Assembly: GCA_002633005.1 (NCBI GenBank) | Contig: NMRA01000587.1 | Location: 124,001 to 188,000, forward strand | Source of the DNA: Phoronis australis | Lineage: Eukaryota > Animalia > Phoronida | DNA: 64,000 bases | Direction: 5' to 3' | Shown here: positions 14,486-26,100 of the stretch, in pieces | How positions within the stretch are numbered: the stretch's first letter is position 1 | Layout: every line of letters starts with the position of its first letter | The notes under the pieces: model-generated | Databases searched by the model: none | What the model was told of the DNA's origin: nothing | What the model saw: only the letters and a program-made list of their open reading frames with translations | Translations under genes and position numbers: made by a program

Positions 14486-16930
14486 TTAGCCTCCACTGAT
14501 GGGTGGCACTACTGCAAGTTCTGAATTTGGTTGGAAAATCACAGACGAGTCGTCAATGTCAATATATTCTTGGTTCACAGCCAATACAATGTTCTTGGAA
14601 ATAGGCTTGAGGCTGAAATGAAAAAAGAAAACGAAGATGACAACATCTAGACACTTAAAAGGATACCAACTATGGTTTTGGCCTACTAACATATATTAAA
14701 AAGGCAGGTTCCCTACCAAATTCCATGAAACAAAATGATGCTCTATAACTCTCGACAAACCTCAAAAGTTTAGTCCGCTAAACGGGAAAGTGTGACTTTT
14801 GCTTTAGCGATTTACAAGGCAACTGTGAGGGAGAGACCACCCACCAAGAACTACAATATCCAATCTGTGAAATAGAGAGTACGAGTTTTTAATCGATTCC
14901 TGCTTTTATCACTACAAGATTGACGCCACTGATGCATTAGCAGGTGACAGAACAAGGATTGGTTGAAATAATCAAAGCAGGGTTTAGTATTCTTTAAATC
15001 ACAACTTGTTCTAGACACGATGATGAGTACTCAGTGAACAATTGTGGTATACAGGATATACGACAGTCATGTGATCTGGGGGTATAATCAACACTTGGAC
15101 AAAGAGGTATTCTCTGAGCTAAGACAATGTTCATAATTCTGAAGCATCATTTTGGCCAAACAAAAGGCAACAATTAATAACAAAGAATGCTTTAGTCACA
15201 AGGTCATTCTGTAATTACGACATTGTCACAAATGGAACAACAGTCTAAACATTTTCGGCCAAGTTATCACAAAGTCCATACAGCAAATGACAATGTGCAA
15301 CATAATATTTTTTAAAATAAATTTAAAAATCAGAAATAATTGAGAACAATGTTAATTGTCAAGCTGAAAAGTGAATGATCACCAGGGAAAATGTTGCAAT
15401 AGTATCTCCCGTATTTGCCGCCCACACGACGTGACTGGGAATGTGATTGAGCTGCCTGACTGTCCAACCAGTTCTTTGCTCTTGGCAAAAAACAAAACAT
15501 GTACCTGAAAGGGAGAGTGGATATCTTAAATCGATCAGCAGCAGACACTCAAATGTTAGTGTTCTAGACATTTAAAAGGATATTATATTGTCAAAATACA
15601 GCTAAGTACCACTGTGTGTTGAGCTCCGTACTGGAAATTTCCGTAGAGAAGCCCATGGGCCTGTATTCGAAAAATGAACATTTTCAGGTGTTTTAGAAAC
15701 ACCAAATAAACTCCCGGGTGTTTATTCGGAAAAGGGGGCGTGTAACTGGAAAGCCATTAAGTTTTGCTTGACTTGAACTCTTTACTTAAAACCTGGTTTT
15801 TAAAATTTTTTGTTAATAAATGCATAGCAATGCTTTGTTCGTTTTTAAAAGTAATAAATGCTCGACTAAAACTGAATTTGTGATATAAGTTGATGCTTAG
15901 TGGACTTTTAAAGAGAAAAATTGCCAAACGTCCCAGCTGTCTGTACACTTGACACCACAAGTAGTCGGTGGGCCAGATTTTGTAGGGCCTCTAGAAAATG
16001 GTTTTTGTGAGTACTTTAGGGGGGCAATTTTATTTTGGTGTTTTTTAGTTCATTTATTAGAGTGTTTTCAAAATCTAAAAAGTTCCCACATATAAAGTTG
16101 CACATTTTTGAGAAATTTGAGTTTGAAGTTACCTAATAATCACCAAAGAGCTTAGTAAACTTATATTTGTAAAAACAACAGTTTTGGTGACTTTTTTGTA
16201 AAACAAGTAATATGGTCCCATCAGTGCCATTGTATTGAACNAGTTGTAACACCAAATAAACGCACATGGGAGGGTATTGGGCATAATTTTCCGAATACTC
16301 GCCCATGAGCGTTTCATCAGGTGGGCTTATCTACAGAAAACTCCGGTATTAATAGAATACAGGCGTGCGTTCAGTAGACTATAGGACCTAGCTGAAACCG
16401 AGTCAAAGTCACGTGTTCTCACTTAAAATACACGGCAATATCTCACGTAATCACGCGAAGTCTTGCTTTTTAGCGAGGTCCTAGCGTCACTGAACGGGAG
16501 GCAGCTTTGCCCCACTAAAGCCCAAGCCTTCGCGAGGCTTGGGCCACAGCAGGCAACACGTAACCCCTCAGTTGGCCTGCGGCATCCAGGGCGATGTAAT
16601 TGCCTAGGGCCACTGTCACTGAGGCAACCACTTGAATAGGCAATGACCATCGCCTCTGCTGGCCAGTTGACAACTGGTAGGGCAGCAGAGGTGATGGTCA
16701 TTCTGACAGTGACATTGCCTACCGCTTGAATTGAAGTGCGACTGCAGTTCAGTTGCTGTTGTGTTTCACCAAAAATGCATATTGTCTAGATTTCAGCTAA
16801 AACGTCGAATATGGAATAGCTCAACTTCTACGTCCCCGACAAAATATATGTCGACAATCAGGACAACGCACATCAATTCCTGCAAAACTTATCTTACGCT
16901 AACTCTTACCAACATCTCCTCGGGTTCCAT
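14486..16930 (-). CDS. MOCS2: Molybdopterin synthase sulfur-carrier (small) subunit MOCS2A, MoaD/ThiS family, 89 aa
   Basis: Exons complement(16910..16930, 15383..15504, 14486..14612), 270 nt. MEPEEML-VHVLFFAKSKELVG...LAVNQEY...ELAVVPPISGG* with the ubiquitin-like C-terminal GG. Confidence 0.93.
15631..16346. mobile_element. Tc1/mariner-pogo-type non-autonomous element in MOCS2 intron 1
   Basis: Imperfect TIRs CTGGAAATTTCCGTAGAGAAGCCCA and reverse complement CCGGAGTTTTCTGTAGATAAGCCCA, with TA on both flanks (15629-30, 16347-48). Confidence 0.7.
16360..16504. mobile_element. ~145-bp MITE, copy 1 of 3
   Basis: Inverted arms CGTTCAGTA..TAGGACCTAGCT / TTAGCGAGGTCCTAGCGTCACTGAACG. Near-identical copies at 25001-25180 and 49973-50112. 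Confidence 0.85.
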
Positions 16931-17159
16931 CTGTGACCCAGTTTCGTAACCCTTGTAAATCGCATGCGCATTTACAAACAAACAGGGTACACTTTATTAA
17001 TCCTAATAAAGATTCTTAATAGTTACTTAATTGGAATAATTTTACTTTAACACTTTTTTGTTAACAAAAATCTCTCAAAATGGCGTTTTTTGTAAACCTA
17101 AATAATCTATGTAGTAAAAATGCGTACTTATATCAGTTAATAAAACCTGAAAAAGCAAC
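16931..17159. promoter_or_regulatory. Bidirectional promoter for MOCS2 and SNAPC3
   Basis: Only 229 bp between the divergent ATGs. NRF1-type CGCATGCGCA inside a near-perfect 25-bp palindrome (16953-16977). YY1-type CAAAATGGCG at 17076-17085. Confidence 0.65.
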
Positions 17160-20100
17160 ATGTCTGCTTTCACGACTGCAGACAACGTTTCCGATGTAAT
17201 CAATGTCAGGCAGTTTTTAAATGAATGGGCAGTGATGATAGGAATGGTTCAGAGTGAGAGCGTTAAAGCTGTTAGCGATGATGTTACCTTGAAAGATCTG
17301 AACGTGCCAGAAGATATAGTAGAAGAGCTTGCCTTGGTTTGCAGGTAGTAAACATAAGACACATGTGACATGGATGACAATGACATGTACTATTGTACAA
17401 CTGCAAGTATGATAAGCAACGACTAAGTTAATAAATGCCGATGCGATGACGTCTCACTGTAAATAGGTTTCCCACATTTACATGGGAAACGTATTTACCA
17501 TGACAGTGGTTCATCTGTACTGTAGTATAAGATGTGACGATTGTGGGATGCACTTGTTGTGAATGTAGGTTTGTGTTGTCTCGTACGTTCGTGTTCGTCC
17601 GTTATTTTTCATGAGTGGCTGGATGTTGTGTATTAGTGTTGTCACATGACTAGGGCATGTTTGGAACTGACTGGCTCCCTCTTCGTCTGGTCCTGCAACA
17701 TGTAAGACACCTACATTTGATGCTCTCCATTGTGTGTGTGTGCGTGTGCGTGTGCGTGTGTGTGCGTGTGTGCAAGACTTCAAATGAGTAAAGGTAAGCT
17801 GCACGAGAACCTGCAGCAAATACAATACACTAACTGCTTCGAAGACTGTTTGGCATGTGTGTTATCCAGAGCCCGAGGAGAAAATAGAAAAAATCCAATA
17901 CACTTGTTTGTTCATTTTTAATGAGTGTAGCTCCTCTTAAATGTTATCTAGGTCAAGCTCAGTCACTTGGATCTAGGTGCTGTACTGATACTGTTGTAGT
18001 CACTTTCAGCAGTAGACTGTCAAGCTTATTGAAACAGAGATGTTCTTGTCAGAGTTGCTCTTCGTGTATAATTATGTCTTTTGAGAAATGAAGTAAGATA
18101 TCACTGTCATGTATGTTTCATTGTGCATAATATCTCATCCACCGCTTCTTTGTAATACATAATTGTCATATTTTATCGGTGGCTATCACTTGTGCTAATG
18201 CTTTTCTTGTTTTGTATTTTCCTGTACCCATGTGAAACAAACATTTTACTAACAAAGACTATGCCTGTCTACAGTGACACTGGTCATAGTGGTTCCTGAT
18301 TGGGCGAACCAGTTACACTGATCAGTGCTTGGTGCTCAAAATTAAGGACTGCTCTTCAACTCGTGCGGTGGATGGCCACTGTGCCAATGATCAGAGGAGT
18401 CCTAATCTTCTATTCATCAGTAGTAAATAGTATATAATTTGCTTTTCAGTGTCTCAATGGCCATGAATTTCAGAGATGCTCGGTCCATAGGAAGATTTGT
18501 CGCTTTCAATTTCTAAAATATATAACAGCAATGCAACAATAAGCACCTTTTTACCTATGCCTGAGTTGTCAATTACTCGGTGTAGTGGCCAGTAAGTTGA
18601 TCTCGGGGCTTAAATAATCTCGAAGATGCTTAATGAAGTCACTAATTCTCAGATTGCGCTGTCTCGTTCTAGCTGATTTTGTTTTTGTTACAGCCCAGAC
18701 ACTCTGAAAGTAAGAGAAGAATCTCAAGCTCAGATGACCAGTGACGAGATACCAGACACGACTCAACTGGTGACTTTACAGTGAGTTGATTAAACACTTT
18801 CATTGGCATTGTAAAGAAGAAAACCAGGTGTCTCTTGATTGCGGCGACATGCAGTTAGCTGTCAAAATTAACAACATCAGAATTTGACGAAGTTTGAGTG
18901 CACAGAACCATGGCTAAAATTATAGTCATTTCTTTTCTGCTACAATGAATTTCATTTCTGGCTAAATCTCGATGAAATGTGGATGGGTATTGCTCGCACA
19001 AGTCGAAATCCTCACATTTTATTGTGCAAGTCGCTAGACTCAGAAAAGTCACATTACTCTCCGACAGAAGCTGTACAGAAACATTATTTTATTGCGACAA
19101 AAGTTTTCCGAAACTGGCAAAAAGTTCTGGCTAGAAGTTTGTTCAAGCTTCAGAGTTCTGTTGGAGCCAAATATGTAGTATATTTTGAAAATTACAAGTG
19201 CTTCTAGAAGGTGCTAGACAAGGTGTAATTTTAGACAAACATTATGATCGCCAACTGTAGTTCACATGTGATTTGAAGCGGTACAGTCTTCCAGTGTCTT
19301 TGTCTACATATACGTATGACAGGTATGCATTTCACGGCAGCACCTGTTGTATAGGTCTGCAGCCTGTCAATGTTCTCTGCCATTAACAACTGGTGTTGGG
19401 TTGTAATTGCGAGGTGCCTTCAACTTAATCCTTTGCAGACTTCAAAAAGCAGAATTAAAAAAGAGGGAGGAGAATGAAGTGTACAGACGACTGGCTGGTA
19501 AAAACTTGAGATACAAGGGTTCGTTCCCAACACTGCAGGTAAATCAATTGTTTCGGCAATCGGACTCAAAGATTCAAGTCATGTCGTTGTCTCGCTCTTT
19601 AACCATCCAGAGACAAGTGTCTGATTGTAGTGAGTTCAAATGTCAACGTGTTAAGGGAGAAATGAGTCGCAGCTTAGGCATGTAACCATATTGTGCGGGA
19701 GATTGGAAAATTGAAAATTCTATAATTAAATAATTGATCTCATGTTTGATAATCAAAACCTTCCTCAACCACAAATAGAAAAGTGTACAGAACAGTATCT
19801 TATTTAGGTCTGTTACGTGTTCTTTTGCCAGCGTCAGCCTTCTAATGCCTATAAGTATGGTTTCCATGTAACAACATTGGCTGTTGACAGTCGACCGCAT
19901 TTCCTACCCATAGTATATTATTGATTGACATCTCTTGCTTTCGCTGTTGCTGTATAGTACAGTACTGCAAAATCTTCAATGTAGGATGCGATGGAGTCGA
20001 TCTATGAAATTTTTATCATTTTTTCCATGTAACATACATGTATGTAGCACCAACTGAATATAAATGCTTTTCCATGTTCAAATTTTTCGTAATCGTGGGC

Positions 20101-23100
20101 ATTCACAGTTATGTTAGAAGTTTTTGAGAATTAAAATGTTCGTTTTCAGCTATTGTTGATGTCTGCAATTTGTAAGATTTTTCCACCTTTGTGCAGCTGT
20201 GCTTAGCAGTTAGTGTTGGGCATATAAAACTGGTCTCCCTTGTTGTTGATTTTGTTCCTCATAGATTGCCATGAGGTGTTTTGTTTAATGGCTGTTGGGT
20301 ACACATTCATCTCCTTCCAGCCATCAGTACCTGTCAAATCTGTCGATCTGATGGATGACGCTGGCCCTGTGGCTGAAGTGTTGCTGACTGTGGCCGTATA
20401 TGTGCCATATGAAAGACAGTCGACGGTAATTTGTGACTTGAATTCATTCTTCTGTCTTGATGTTCCCTATTGGATAAGTTATAGACTGTGACCGTGTGCC
20501 TTAGGCGTGTTGCAATCTCCACAATGACTAGAATCCCTTTGCTCATGTCTACTGGTGGGATAGACTTGTTTTGGCACTCTGAGTATTCTTTTGCTACAAT
20601 CTGGGGACAAGGAGAAATCTTGAAGCAAGATGTTTAAAATGACGTTATAAGATATCTGTTGCTCACCCATAAGCACGCTAAATCAACTCCTAGATTTGAG
20701 GCTTTACAGGTCAATAGCGACATAGATTTCAGGCTATACAGGTCAATAGCCATGTAGATTTGAGGCTTTACAGGTTAATAGCCACGTAGATTTGAGACTC
20801 TACAGGTCAATAGCCACGTAGATTTGAGAGTCTACAGGTCAATAGCCATGTAGATTTGAGGCTCTACAGGTCAATAGCCATGTAGATGTGAGGCTCTACA
20901 GGTCAATAGCCACAAAGATTTGAGGCTCTACAGGTCTAAAGCCACGTAGATTTAAGGCTCTACAGGTCAAAAGCCTCGTAGATTTGAGGCTCTACAGGTC
21001 AATAGCCACATCTTGAAACCAACTCGCTTTTTTGTGGAGGTAAAACAAAAAATGCATTGTATGATGGACCAGGCCATCTTTTGCACACATTTAAGCTGTC
21101 TGGGGCAAGACTAGAACTTCACTGACACTGCTGAATGACCAACTAATTCAAACAGTGATCAGCAGGCCAGCAGTGACTCGCAGTGTATTAGTGTTAGTAA
21201 TTAGCTCAGAGTTAGAAACTCGTATATCAGGATGTGGCTATTAACTCAGGTCCTTCTAAAATAAATTTGGGTCAGTGAAAACTTAACTCAATGTCAGAGC
21301 TCGTCCCATATTCTATAAATAGGCAACCTGCGTCATCCCAAAATCAAGAATCACCAGAAAGATGGTACAGTTATTAACTGTTGATTGAAAATACAGTGTC
21401 TAAAATTTGGGAACTATGATGAATGCCAAAATTGTCCTTCTGTAAATAAGTTCTTACTGTTAGACCATGTGTAAGTCAAATTCCAACATTTGTTTATTTC
21501 CCGGCTCAGGATGCTAGAAGAGTGTATAAATTGGCTAACTGCATACGGTATCCCAGAAATGGTCGGTCGGATAAATACGATACTTTCAGATTCTATACTC
21601 TACTTATTGTTTTAAAGTTGATTCATTTTTGCGTGAGGATCTATAGAAAACTCCTGCAGCGTTTTTGACGTTTCTTCTTGCACATTTGTATGTAGCAAAA
21701 CACATGATGCGTACCACTGTTATTTTCAGATGCCCAAACCCAAGGTGGATGAGGTGTTGCTAGTCTTGGGAGGCCAGTCACTGACGGAGCTGCGCGACCG
21801 AATCAGTTGTACCTCTGATTACCAGGTGGCGGGCGAATTCTCAGAGAATCCGAATAACCCTCAGGATATCAAAGCCAGGGTAGGCAAAATGATTTTGTTT
21901 GAGAGTTAGGGGGGTGGGTATGGCGACAGCGTCTCTCATCCTTTGCTCATAGGAGATCAGATTGTGTTTTAGGCACAGCATTTTGTCTGATTTCTATTTA
22001 CATAGCAGTGCTCGACGCTATTCAAATCGCCAGAATGCATTTTGCGACCTAGCCAAAATCCCAGGTTGCATTTTCAAAATCCAGCTCGCATTCTTAAATG
22101 CCAGGTCGCAAAAATTTCCCGCCATTTTTACGCTCCAAAATCGATTTTTTAGATTACCGAGAAAATGTATAGATTATGCTCTTACCTGCAGCGTTAAATA
22201 CTGACAAATTTCAGATCACAAAATTGAGTTCGTTAATGCAGGTACGGTATTACTGTTCCTCACGACGGCTATTGAAAGGCCCTGAAGCGCAAGGCAAGTT
22301 GCCGACGTGAAAGTTGAATCAGTGCTCCCTTACTGACACGTGCATTCGAGTAGCTACGTTTGCGATGTGAAAAGGGAGAAAATGCCTGTTGAAAAAGTAT
22401 CTGTGATTTTGCTTGGTGTGACCTGCTACTGGCTGTCATCAAAGTCATTAAAGATCCAAACTAACTCAGAGTGCAAATTTCCTCCACTTTTTGTCCGCAA
22501 CCCAAATTTTGCAGCTTAACTCGACGTTTGAAAAACATTTGACCAAAAAAAAACGTGAAACGATGCCCTAACGGAATGATGTATTTGGATGCGCAGGAAC
22601 AATTCAGTGTAAATTTCATAACAAAAATGTGGTACTTATGCTGTACTCAACAATTCGTTTTCTATGAAATGAATGGCCTCGAAATAATTCCCAAGTGCGT
22701 GTGGGATTCCATCGCGTAATTCCAGTTTGCTCCTCAATACCTTCCAAGTATGGGGAAAATAGGTCAGTCACGAAACGACACGCATGCCACTAGTGTTAAG
22801 TTTCTTTCGCAGGTATGAAACAAAGCTGGGATTTGATTTTTACATATTGAGAAAAGATGTTTTCGAAAAATGAATTACTTTAATTATAAAATGAGAGTGA
22901 CACACTATATAGGCTGCGTATCACACGCGGTCGTTTGTCGTGCGCTATGATGGACGCTAGCCTGAACCATGGGAGCTTAATGGGAAATTCTCAAAGGTTG
23001 AGGGGAAGCGCTTAGTAAATCAGTGACCGCTCATTACAAAACACTTCAAAGGTAGGGAGTAGGCTTGTGCGTGAGCATTGTCGTTAACCTGAGTGTTTGC

Positions 23101-26100
23101 GTTAATAAGATATTAAACGACTGCAATGGTAAGAAACGTTATAATATTACGATTTTGCAAGACAAACTCCATCAAGTATAGGGGTGACTTTCTGGATATC
23201 GTTACCACCTACATTATACCCTTTTTAGCCACCCGGGATAATTTTTTTTTTAATTGCCCGCTTCAGCCGAAACAAGAATGTTTCTAGTGGAGTCTGAACA
23301 TTTTACGGCGACGGTGGTCCGGGGAGCGAAAACTTGCCAGAGAGAAGAGAAGAATAAAAAATCGTTAACCACAATTTCACATCTAGTACCTGTTTAGTTG
23401 AAACAGCTGGCTATGGGCATAGAATATAGGGTTTAGGGAACATCGACCTCGGGAAACATTGTCACAGGAAATATCAGTTCTGGATTATATCGGTCCCAGG
23501 GAATATCGTAAAGCATCGGGTCTTTTATAACCGCCGGGAATCAGTTCATTTTCAAATAAACCACTGGCACGTACCCGGGTGCTTAACAGAGCCAAGCCGG
23601 TATACTCTTTCATTTAGGACTGTAGCTGTTCTCTTTTGATTTGCAGCTTTGAAGTCCCCCCACTTGAATCGCTGGAGCACCCAGCCTAAAATATAGGGGA
23701 GCTCGAATTCTTCCATATGCGGACCTGTTACTGAAAAAAATCAACGAGGACCAAAAAGCGGGGCCACTAGGTTCAGGCTTGCCAATCGTGCATCCGCGCC
23801 GAATTCCTGTGGACTTTGTGAATTTTTGTCTCGTTTACTTAAGGGAGTTTTTGTTTCACTGAGGCAAACTTTTTTGCCCAATTCGCCAATTCGCCCCGAT
23901 CCCCCCTGGATGCGCCCATTATTTACGCTGGCAGCAACGTGTGAAAGTCAAATCATATTTCGCGCACGTAGCCCCAGAAATAAGGGGTTAGATAATTTCT
24001 TGGTAACTGAAAGTAAAGACGTGGCCGTCGCTTGGCGATTAATAGGGTTGTCATTTTCACTTTCAGTGGCGGATTTAGAGGGGGGCCATGCCCCCCCTAA
24101 AACTCCCAGATACCATTTGGCAGTTCGGAGGTGCGCCTTCTGACGGGCAAAATCCTGGCTAATACTCTGCCCTGGCCTCCCCCCTAAATAAAAATCCTGG
24201 ATCCGCCCCTGACTTTGGCTGTCATAGGCAATAAAAAACGAGACGCACATCTCTAAGTCACGATTTTCTTCCGGGACCGCTTGCGCGCTAACAACGGGAC
24301 CGAACAGTGCCGCAGTGCCGGCAATATCAGGGATGTTGTCGTGGATATTTGGTACATGTAATAAGGACATCTTACGCAAAAAATAAACATATCTGTCCAC
24401 CACAAAGTTTGATAAGTTGATCGCTTAAGAATTAGTGGAAACACCGCCGTGTTGTGACATTTTATCACGTGTTATGCAGTGGCCTGAAACTTTCCGGCCC
24501 GAATCCATTAACTTGCAAAAGTTGTCGAAAGTGTTAGCAAATGAAACGCTTCAAAGATCAATTCTGCATATCCCATGTTCACGCGACTTGCTGACATGTA
24601 CAAGTCATCGTGAGGGCTGTTCTCGGTTGGCGTTCTTTTGAACTTGGATTTGGAAACAACCAAATAACGGTCGGATTAAAAAGGTTGCCTTCGCCTTTAA
24701 CAGCAAAATTATTATAATCATTATGGGGACAAAATTATTATGACCATTATGCGGAATACATTTTATATCCATTATGCGGACAAAATCATTATTGTGATCA
24801 TTATGCAGACAAAATTGTTATGACCATTATGCGGTCAAAATTATGACCATTATGCAGACAAAATTATGTCGATGATCATTATGCGGACCAAATTATGTTT
24901 ATGACCATTATGCGGACAAAATTATGTTGATGATCATTATGCAGACAAAATTATGTTGATGACCATTATGTGGACAAAATTATGTTGATGATCATTATGC
25001 CAGGCGTGGGTTCAGTAGACGCTAGGACCTACGCTAGGACCTACGCTAGGACCTACGCTAGGACCTAGCTAAAGCCTAGTCAAGGTCACGTGTTCTAATT
25101 TAAAATGCACGGCAATATCTCGTGTAATCTCGCGAAGTCTTACTTTTTAGCGAGGTTCTAGTGTTACTGAACGGGAGGCACATTTCTTTCGAGAAGTGTA
25201 AATACTCAGCTCGCATACGTTGGAAATTCCAGGTCGCATTTAGCGACTTGATACGAGCTGACAAAAATCTCAGCTCGCATTTCCAAATTACAGGTCGCAA
25301 ATGCGACCTGCAGCTCGTTATGTCGAGCCCTGCATAGCTTTCAGCTTATTAATGGCACTGAGATCATTATATCTGTATGTAGATCCCGTGATTTTCCATT
25401 TTTGCAGCTACCTGGTCTGAAGTTTATCCAGGATTTCAAAAATAAGACCTTCCTTATACTAGGTTTCCTTGTTTTTTCTGGGCATCCACGACCAATGGTG
25501 TGTAAGTGCATTTTGATGACCATTGCCAAATTGGTGCTAGTGCGACATGTTGTGGCCGGAACATGGTTCTGCAAATAAAATTTTTCACACCTTAGATTAT
25601 TTCAAATCCAACTTCCTTCTTTTGAATAGGCCAGTGAGTTCGTAGAGCCATTGGTAGTACGTTAAAAGTCAGCGAAAACCATGTTTACTGGCTTTTTGTA
25701 CTTGTGCTTTGCAAATGCTGAACAGGGCGTCCAAGGTGTTTGTAAATTTGAGTCGGAGTGTCCATTTGGAGCTCATGGCATGTATTTGTGCAGAAGTTTT
25801 GAAGTGCATTGCTGATGAATGATTGTTTCATGGTTTGTTCCACCCTAGCACATGAACCGAAGCAGAGGTTTTCAAAGGTGGTCGTGCGTGAGGTTTTAAC
25901 ACGTTCGACCCTAAATCCAACATATGGGGTGGCAGTATGAATTTAGAGTTGGTTGCCTACAAGTTGTGTCATGTAAACGACATCCCTCGAAGTTGAACAT
26001 AGGTATGAGAAAATACACAGTCAGCCCTATCATCTATTTTAATTTAAGAAATTTTAGAATGAAAGATATCCCCAGTTCATAGTCTAATGAAAGTGAGGAC

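Larger units (their letters stand above)
22006..25332. mobile_element. ~3.3-kb non-autonomous hAT-like DNA transposon in SNAPC3 intron 5, 5-bp TSD, with nested insertions
   Basis: TIRs CAGTGCTCGAC / GTCGAGCCCTG. CATAG on both flanks (22001-5, 25333-7). Subterminal CAG(G/C)TCGCA repeats at both ends. Confidence 0.8.

Noticed and set aside
14486-14612. Human-like overlapping MOCS2B start inside MOCS2A exon 3
   Set aside because: This exon contains no ATG and the equivalent alternative frame hits a TGA.
20691-21010. 32-bp repeats as a CRISPR array
   Set aside because: Units are contiguous with no unique spacers, lie in a eukaryotic intron, and have no cas genes nearby.
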